A stretch of DNA of 16,420 nt from Octopus sinensis (lineage: Eukaryota), in contig NW_021825159.1 in the NCBI RefSeq assembly GCF_006345805.1, positions 1-16,420 of the forward strand, in the 5' to 3' direction. Position numbers and translations under genes: made by a program. The notes below the pieces were generated by a model, which was given only the letters and a program-made list of their open reading frames with translations, was not told the DNA's origin and made no database searches. This document shows positions 9,926-16,420 of this stretch, piece by piece. Positions within the stretch are counted from its first letter, which is position 1. Every line of letters begins with the position of its first letter.

Positions 9926-10289
9926 AGAACACATTACTATCTCTTGACATAGGCATATGACAAACATACTGCAAAAATGGTGTTCGCTGCCTGGGCTAAG
10001 TATTTGATTAAAAGACGAGCGTAGATACACTTTCAATGCCGTGCACATGACGTGCGCCGTTATCGGGGCAACAAGGATGAAAATATCAAAATTGCTTCGT
10101 ACTAATAATGCCTCAAAAGAATTACATTGCTCTCGCCATCTGTCCTGACTTCTCGAGAGACAATGGAAAATGGTATTTAACCTATGGCTTGCATGTCTGA
10201 ATGTTACAAACCATGTTTGTAATTCATCATAATTAATGCATTCACTGTGACTGCATATAAGATGTTTGTGGTACTACATGTAACATGTG

Positions 10290-10326
<37 letters not shown>

Positions 10327-10365
10327 TATATATATAGATATATATATAGATATATATATATATGT
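10290..10365. repeat. (TA)n with (TATATATAGA) periodicity
   Basis: Directly visible. Confidence 0.9.
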
Positions 10366-10659
10366 GTGTATGTATCTCTCATTCTCGCTCCCTCTCAGTC
10401 TCTCCATACATTCGATGCTTTTTTCCAAGGAATCTAACGCTCTTAGCTTAGTTTTTCCCTGGGGCTGGCCAGATTGGAGCAATCTCAAGATTAATCAGCT
10501 GAAATTGCGAGGATGATCCGGTTCTTGACTAAAGATAATATGCTTCGAATGACCCGTCCTTGTTTTTTTGTATCGTCTATCTGGATGTTTTGTTGTCCCT
10601 TTTGTATCACCCAAATTTCCGGTTGTTTTAGGGTTCTTGTCCCATTTTGCATTTTATTT

Positions 10660-10837
<178 letters not shown>

Positions 10838-10843
10838 TATGAA

Positions 10844-11088
10844 GGCGGCTATTCGCAATTGTACCGAAAGTCCTTATTAAAGCGACGGAGGGTGCTGGTG
10901 AGTAGCATTATTGTTAGAAATGAGTCAAAACAACCCTTAGCCACGTGAGAAAAGTGATCTCCCGTGGCTAAAAGTTGTTCCGACTCATATTTCTAACAAT
11001 GCCGTTGCTCCCCATCGCCCTTTGTCACAATCGCCCTTTGTAACGAAAATACTTGTTGCCTTTCGGTCGTAAATTACAAATAGCCACC
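10844..11088. mobile_element. Non-autonomous foldback DNA transposon (MITE), Kolobok-like
   Basis: Imperfect TIRs: GGCGGCTATTCGCAATTGTACCGAAAG (10844-10870) versus GGTGGCTATTTGTAATTTACGACCGAAAG (reverse complement of 11060-11088). Flanks are TGAA (10840-10843) and TTAA (11089-11092). There is an internal 41-43 bp inverted repeat at 10910-10950 / 10958-11000. A TTAA target with RR termini fits Kolobok rather than piggyBac. Confidence 0.6.
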
Positions 11089-11869
11089 TTAATTCAAATA
11101 TAATAACGACTATATATCATGACAATATATTATATATATTGACGACTATATGTTTTTATTACGTATATCTTTTCTTCCCTCACAGATGAAAAACGACTGC
11201 TTTTCACCAAGTGTTGTATTGTAATTAATCTTTCGCCATTTGTAGAGTATAATTCTCTTATTTTCTTTCTCTCATCTCCCTTCTTTACTCTCTCTTTGTG
11301 TTTCCATCCTTATGCCTTGTTTCCATGCAAAAACATCCCTACACATACTCTTGCACACACTTCTATCCCTTTCATCACATTTATCTTCTCTTGCCATTTA
11401 TTACATACGCATCCCCGTTCCCATCTCCTCAAATGTTTGCATTCCCGTCTTTCTCTGATCCTCTCATAGACACATAATACTTTCATAGACAAACTCCAAC
11501 ACCTCACTCTCCAAAAAGACTAGGCCATTATAACTTTGCATTTTCACACATAAAAATTTCATACATCCAAATTATTAACACACACATACCACTCCCCATT
11601 AACGAGCATATCAATGCCACTCCTCACTTCGTAACTGGGCCATGTCAGCTATCTGCTAACACATTGTAGTCCTTTACGTTTTCAACCATGTTTGATCGTT
11701 GACAGCCTTCCAGTGCATTTCTGATGAATGGCATACGTGCAAAACCCTCAGGCAATTACTCATCTTACTTTTTGCGATAAACTAAAACAATTTTTATTCA
11801 CACTTGTCCATCCTGTGCTGCATTGTTCTGTTGTCACGTATCTATTAAATTTACAAAACGTACACACGT

Positions 11870-11883
11870 ATATATGTATGTAT

Positions 11884-11917
<34 letters not shown>

Positions 11918-11960
11918 TGTATGTATGTATGTATGTATGTATGAATGTATATACACACAC
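11870..11960. repeat. (GTAT)n microsatellite
   Basis: Directly visible. Confidence 0.95.
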
Positions 11961-11984
11961 ATATTCTTTAATTCTGTTTCTCTT

Positions 11985-12160
11985 TTCCTGGTTTCAGTTA
12001 TTTGACCGCAGCCATGCTGGAGCACAGCCACAATGGGTTTTTAAGTCAAAGAAATGAACGCCAGGACTTATTCTATGTAGGTCTCATAGTTATTCTATAA
12101 GACACTTTTGCCGAACCACAGAGTTTCGGGGACGTAAACATACCAACAGGGTTAGCCACC
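11985..12160 (-). mobile_element. SINE body/3' fragment, octopus-like family recognised from recall
   Basis: GCAGCCATGCTGGAGCAC...CCAGGACTTATTCT...CTTTTGCCGAACC...CGGGGACGTAAACA matches a remembered abundant octopus repeat. The minus-strand GAATAAGTCCTGGCGTTCA resembles the AGTAC..TACTGG.GT.GATG block of the other SINE copies here. Confidence 0.55.
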
Positions 12161-12266
12161 AGGTGTTTTCGCTCAATAAACACTCACAACGCCCTATCTG
12201 GGAATCGAAAACGCGATCCTGCAACCGCAGGTCCGCTGCCCTAACCACTGGGGCATTGCACCTCAA
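12161..12266 (-). mobile_element. tRNA-derived SINE head with Pol III A and B boxes
   Basis: Minus strand GGTGCAATGCCCCAGTGGTTAGGGCAGCGGAC...GGATCGCGTTTTCGATTCCCAG, with A box TGCCCCAGTGG (12245-12255) and B box TTTTCGATTCC (12201-12211). There is no complete cloverleaf or acceptor stem. Confidence 0.8.
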
Positions 12267-12269
12267 CAT

Positions 12270-12334
12270 ACGAAAATACATACATACATACATATACATA
12301 CATACATATACATACATACATACATATATATATT

Positions 12335-12367
<33 letters not shown>

Positions 12368-12534
12368 TATATATATGTTTGAAGGAATGAGATGGCTTTT
12401 CATTTTAATGGTTGCTTAAAAAGCATAAGATTTTTCTTTATTTATATATATATATATATAGATATATATATATATATACAATATATATATATATATATAT
12501 ATATATACTATATAATATAATATATATATATCAT

Positions 12535-12574
<40 letters not shown>

Positions 12575-12605
12575 CTATATATATATATATATATAAATAT
12601 ATAAA
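12270..12605. repeat. (CATA)n and (TA)n microsatellites
   Basis: Directly visible. Confidence 0.95.
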
Positions 12606-13301
12606 ACATAAGTCGTGCCAGTGTATGAGAGTGTTTGTGTTCGTGCGTGAGTCGTCTAATTGTCCATAAATCAAGGAAAAGGTGCACTCATATATCTGTC
12701 AATAGAATGGGTATATTACCAGTATTATATATCTATCACGGCTGATCTTATCAATCGGTTTCGCGCTAGGAGTACAATGGAGTGTTAAGTAACAATCCAA
12801 CTATATAACCTTGGGCTCATGCTAGTTGGTCGATATGAAAAGGAATATGGCCACTGCTCTTTATATTCGGAGGTGAATGGACAGCATCCGTTTTGCTGTT
12901 GCTGGAAAAAAAGATGGTCAAAAGAATATTGATCAGGGTATTAGGTTAGGAGTTATGTCCTTTGTTCGGATTTGCGGTAACCCCGGTAGGTGTTCTCTTG
13001 CGTGTTTGTGGGAAATGTGAGCGTTATTACATGTGGCGGCTACAGTGGGGATGGGATGTGTGATACGTGTGTTGGTGTCATAATGCATAAATTTTTTTTC
13101 CAGTGATGTAGGCACGTATAATTGTGTTTGTCTGTTTTCCTTCCATATTAGTCAAACCCTTTGCCGGGCTCGAGGCTATTGGTGAAAGGCCGAGGCTGGT
13201 TGACGGGTGGTTCGACAACCAACATATATCAAACATGTATATGAAGAATTCTTTTTAGAAGCACGCAGATTCCTACACCGACACACAAACTAACAAACAA
13301 A

Positions 13302-13337
<36 letters not shown>

Positions 13338-13527
13338 ATATTTATTTATTATAATAAAGGGTTAATTGCAACAAGTTGCTCAAAACCACATGCAATTAAC
13401 CACATGCAATTAACCCTTTATTATAATTAATATAATCCTTACCAAATATGGTCATTTCCATACCGAAAAAACTACTTGGTGAAATTTATTAATTTTATTA
13501 AATTAATTATATTTCACCCTTTATGTG

Positions 13528-13565
<38 letters not shown>

Positions 13566-13622
13566 GTATTTTATTTACGAATACATTAAAGCACTGCTAT
13601 ACAAGCAATTTTGATATTGTAG

Positions 13623-13783
13623 CGTAAACAAGACGTCTCGCAGACAACGTCTTTTAAACGAATTGAGGATTTTAATGAGTTGTCTACCCATGCCCAATTG
13701 CTCAGACGTTTTTCACACATACAGTTTACAGATGGTACATTAATTACACTTCTCCATCTCTGTGGTATGCCATCTGAAACTTT
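13623..13783 (+). CDS. Candidate internal coding exon (161 nt, phase 0 to 2) of an unidentified protein
   Basis: Acceptor ttttgatattgtAG and strong donor GTGAGT at 13784. The frame is stop-free: RKQDVSQTTSFKRIEDFNELSTHAQLLRRFSHIQFTDGTLITLLHLCGMPSET. It is bounded by an in-frame TAG at the acceptor and a TGA just past the donor. No recognised homology. Confidence 0.45.
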
Positions 13784-14689
13784 GTGAGTTGGTAGACTTT
13801 GCGGGAAAGTAGAAATATATATATAATACATACAATACATATAAATAATACATACATACATATATAAATGTATATATATATATATATATAATATATATAA
13901 TATATATATACATAATAAGTAATATATATATGTATAAAAGATTATATATATATATACTTATTATGTATATGGACTCTTTTCAGTTTGAAGGCCAGAATTT
14001 TCTAGTTAACTAAACAATTTGAAACTTCGTATACTGGTAGAATGTGTCAAAAGAAAACATAATTGTAACCCAAAATGAAAACGGAATTGTAATTTCTAAG
14101 TTTAACGTTGTTAATAATTCGAATTTAACCAATGGTATTCTTTCTTTCGACCTCATATTATTTACTGCCTCTCAAAATATTGTTACTGTGACGTAAACAG
14201 CTATTTTGTGACGTAGTTAACGTAAACATGTAAACAGACCTACAGATTCGTTTGTAACGTAAACATCCGTTCATCGTAAATAGCTAAATTCGCTTGGCAT
14301 CGTACACAGCTTTTTCAGTTCCTTAGAATTATATTTCAAAGAAAATAAAAATAAAAAGATTCATACGCATAAATATCCATCCTTAGACATCAGAAAATGA
14401 GTGTTTAAATTATTTTCCATTGTTTGCATTGCTTACACGCACACACATACATACATACACACATACTAAAATTACATCGTTGGAGCAGTAATTTATTTAT
14501 GTATTTTTTGTTATACAATTTATTTTAAAGCTGAATCCCTATCCTGCCATTAACCCCTTTCTTATAAAATAGTTGAAGAATCTGGGGTGTAGGAATTGGG
14601 ACAGTATTGGAACTTTTAACTTCTTGCTCTCTATCTTATGATCTCCGAAATTAAGAATCTTGTGTTAACTGGGCTCTTATTATTTACTC

Positions 14690-15095
14690 TGACTCTGCCA
14701 CCACCTCAATGCAAAGACTATCAATATCAGAATCATCTTCACAACCACCACTACAACCATTACTACAACCTCGAATGCCACCACCACAACCATCTTCTGC
14801 AACCACAACCCAAGATCAATACCAGTATCATATTCAAAATCACCAATTTCACCACCACTACACTCTGCAATGTCTTCAACTCTATCATCCATGAGACATC
14901 CTAACATAATCAATGCTACTACTACTATCATCATCATTATCATCATCACCACTGCCGCCACCACCACCACCACCACCACCTCTACAAAAACACCACACTA
15001 TAATTTCTGCATCATACACATCCACTGTCACCACTACACCACCACTGCCATGATAACCACATCTACCACCTCCAACACCATTGCCACCACTATCT
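14690..15095. repeat. Degenerate (CAC)/(CAT)/(TAC) trinucleotide-rich tract
   Basis: Directly visible; explains the poly-T/H/V ORFs 14638..15214. Confidence 0.85.
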
Positions 15096-15149
15096 ATGAG
15101 ACATCCTAAGTTAGAACTACTTTCACTTTCTAGTTGCTCTTTGAGTTTA

Positions 15150-15547
15150 TCCTTATATATAAAAGAGAGGTTGTGTGTCTGTCTCCTACGATTTAAATTC
15201 CTAACTACTCCCACATTTTGCGGTGCAGTTTAACCAAAACCGGGTATCTTATAGTCGTGATTCATATCGAGCCCTTCTGGGTATTAGCGCGCGTCTACGA
15301 TGAGTCTACGATTAAAAAAAAAAATTACCATCATTTATTTCCATTTTAATGCATTTTTTCGATATTATATAAGGGAAGTAACTCTCTAAAAATGTCTACG
15401 ATGAGTCAACGATTTAAAAAAAAATTTACCATAATTTTTTTTCCATTTTTAATGCATTTTTTTGCTATTTTTGGCTATAACTCTCTAAAAATGCTTATAT
15501 AGTTATTTCCCTTACAAAACCCGAGCAACGCCGGGCGATACTGCTAG
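15150..15547 (+). mobile_element. Non-autonomous Helitron (398 bp)
   Basis: 5' A|TC terminus (TCCTTATATATAAAAGAGAGGTTGTGTGTCTGTC). GC-rich subterminal hairpin CCCG-A-GC-AAC-GC-CGGG (15520-15535), then CTAG (15544-15547) followed by T. No TSD, with insertion between A and T as expected for Helitrons. Confidence 0.85.
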
Positions 15548-16065
15548 TTATATCTAATCTATCTCTCTAAAAGATGCAAAGCAAGTAGCATTGAATGGTG
15601 AATGGATGTGAGCAGAAAGAGAGTAAGTTCCATTCCAGTTTACAACAAAAATTATAGAATTATTCTCAAACCATAAATGAAGGGTGGAGAGGAGTGAAGG
15701 AGGAGTCATGTTTCCTCTGAGGGGTTACAGAAGTAATAAGCACTGAAAAGTGGAGTTTGCGTTATTATTTTTATTCATAGTTTACAATTATTTCTACAAA
15801 TCATTTTGACTTATCTTCAATCATGTTTATAAACGTGACCGCTGTGCCGTCCACTATAAACATTGATTAATGTCCTATATTTAAGCGATAGACAAACACT
15901 CAGCATATTATTTTTGTAGAGAGTTGCGAGGGATCATTTCTATGAACGGGGTATCTGTACAACGGATATAACTACATCATTAATTGTGGAGTCGTTTAAA
16001 AACACGATGCAAGATTAAGTCAACATGGAATTTTTGAAACAATCATAAATTGTTCTATATTTTAG

Positions 16066-16231
16066 AGATGAGGAATTCTGTACAATATTTACATTGGACG
16101 GATATTTGTCCTCATCTTGTTTGTTGTTACCACAAAATTTCGGCTTCATCAGGTGTCCTGGTAGAATTTTGAATCCAACCCTAGGTTCTAAGGTGTCTCG
16201 CAGTGTGAATGAACCCGAAACTATGTGGCTG
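16066..16231 (+). CDS. Candidate internal coding exon (phase 2 to 0) of an unidentified protein; 3' boundary uncertain
   Basis: Acceptor ttgttctatattttAG at 16064-16065. Open frame DEEFCTIFTLDGYLSSSCLLLPQNFGFIRCPGRILNPTLGSKVSRSVNEPETMWL, with possible donor CTG|GTATGG at 16232. The phase matches the 13623-13783 exon (TT+A = Leu). Confidence 0.4.
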
Positions 16232-16420
16232 GTATGGCCGGTCAGGGAGTCACCTTTGCTTTCGCGCCTTTTACGTTCTTAGCCGTGGGAGACGTCTATA
16301 TTGCTAAGAGTATACAAAGTGTGAAACCAATGGTAACGTCCTGACTGGTCGTAAACCACAACTACATTAGATATTACTACGATATATCTAAAAAAAACAT
16401 TTACTTGTCTCAGTCATTCG

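Noticed and set aside
10525-10562. CTAAAGA...GAATGACCCGTC as an HHR
   Set aside because: Both core halves are mismatched and there is no helix I or helix II pairing.
12161-12266. Functional tRNA gene
   Set aside because: It has A and B boxes but no acceptor stem pairing or proper cloverleaf, and it continues into repeat sequence, so it is a SINE head.
13165-13222. GGTTCGACAACC as a Pol III B box
   Set aside because: It is an imperfect match with no credible A box or tRNA-like structure.
14638-15214. Poly-T/H/V/G ORFs
   Set aside because: They derive from the CAC/CAT trinucleotide tract and run into the Helitron.
16130-16155. Minus-strand CTGATGAAGCCGAAA
   Set aside because: Only 4 nt lie between the core and GAAA, so helix II cannot form, and there is no helix I.

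Overview
AT-rich, microsatellite-dense eukaryotic DNA with no complete gene. It is most likely intronic sequence from an octopus or other coleoid cephalopod; this is inferred from recalled SINE-like families and the repeat landscape, not from a database search. Almost all supplied ORFs are artefacts of simple repeats. Recognisable elements are a decayed 3' fragment of an RTE-clade (Rex3/Expander-like) LINE with a GATG tail, several tRNA-derived SINE pieces, a non-autonomous Helitron, a TTAA-flanked foldback MITE (Kolobok-like), and two phase-compatible candidate coding exons on the + strand. The most unusual signal is a set of short, mutually unrelated repeats, mostly between (TA)n tracts, that carry type I hammerhead ribozyme (HHR)-like motifs. 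They cluster at about 3.9-5.4 kb, with further motifs at 8.3 and 11.7 kb. The best one (4341-4943) is a 341-nt monomer with an intact HHR core plus an inverted, circularly permuted partial copy. That arrangement is what a retrozyme or Penelope-like pLTR copied from a tandem or circular RNA would leave.
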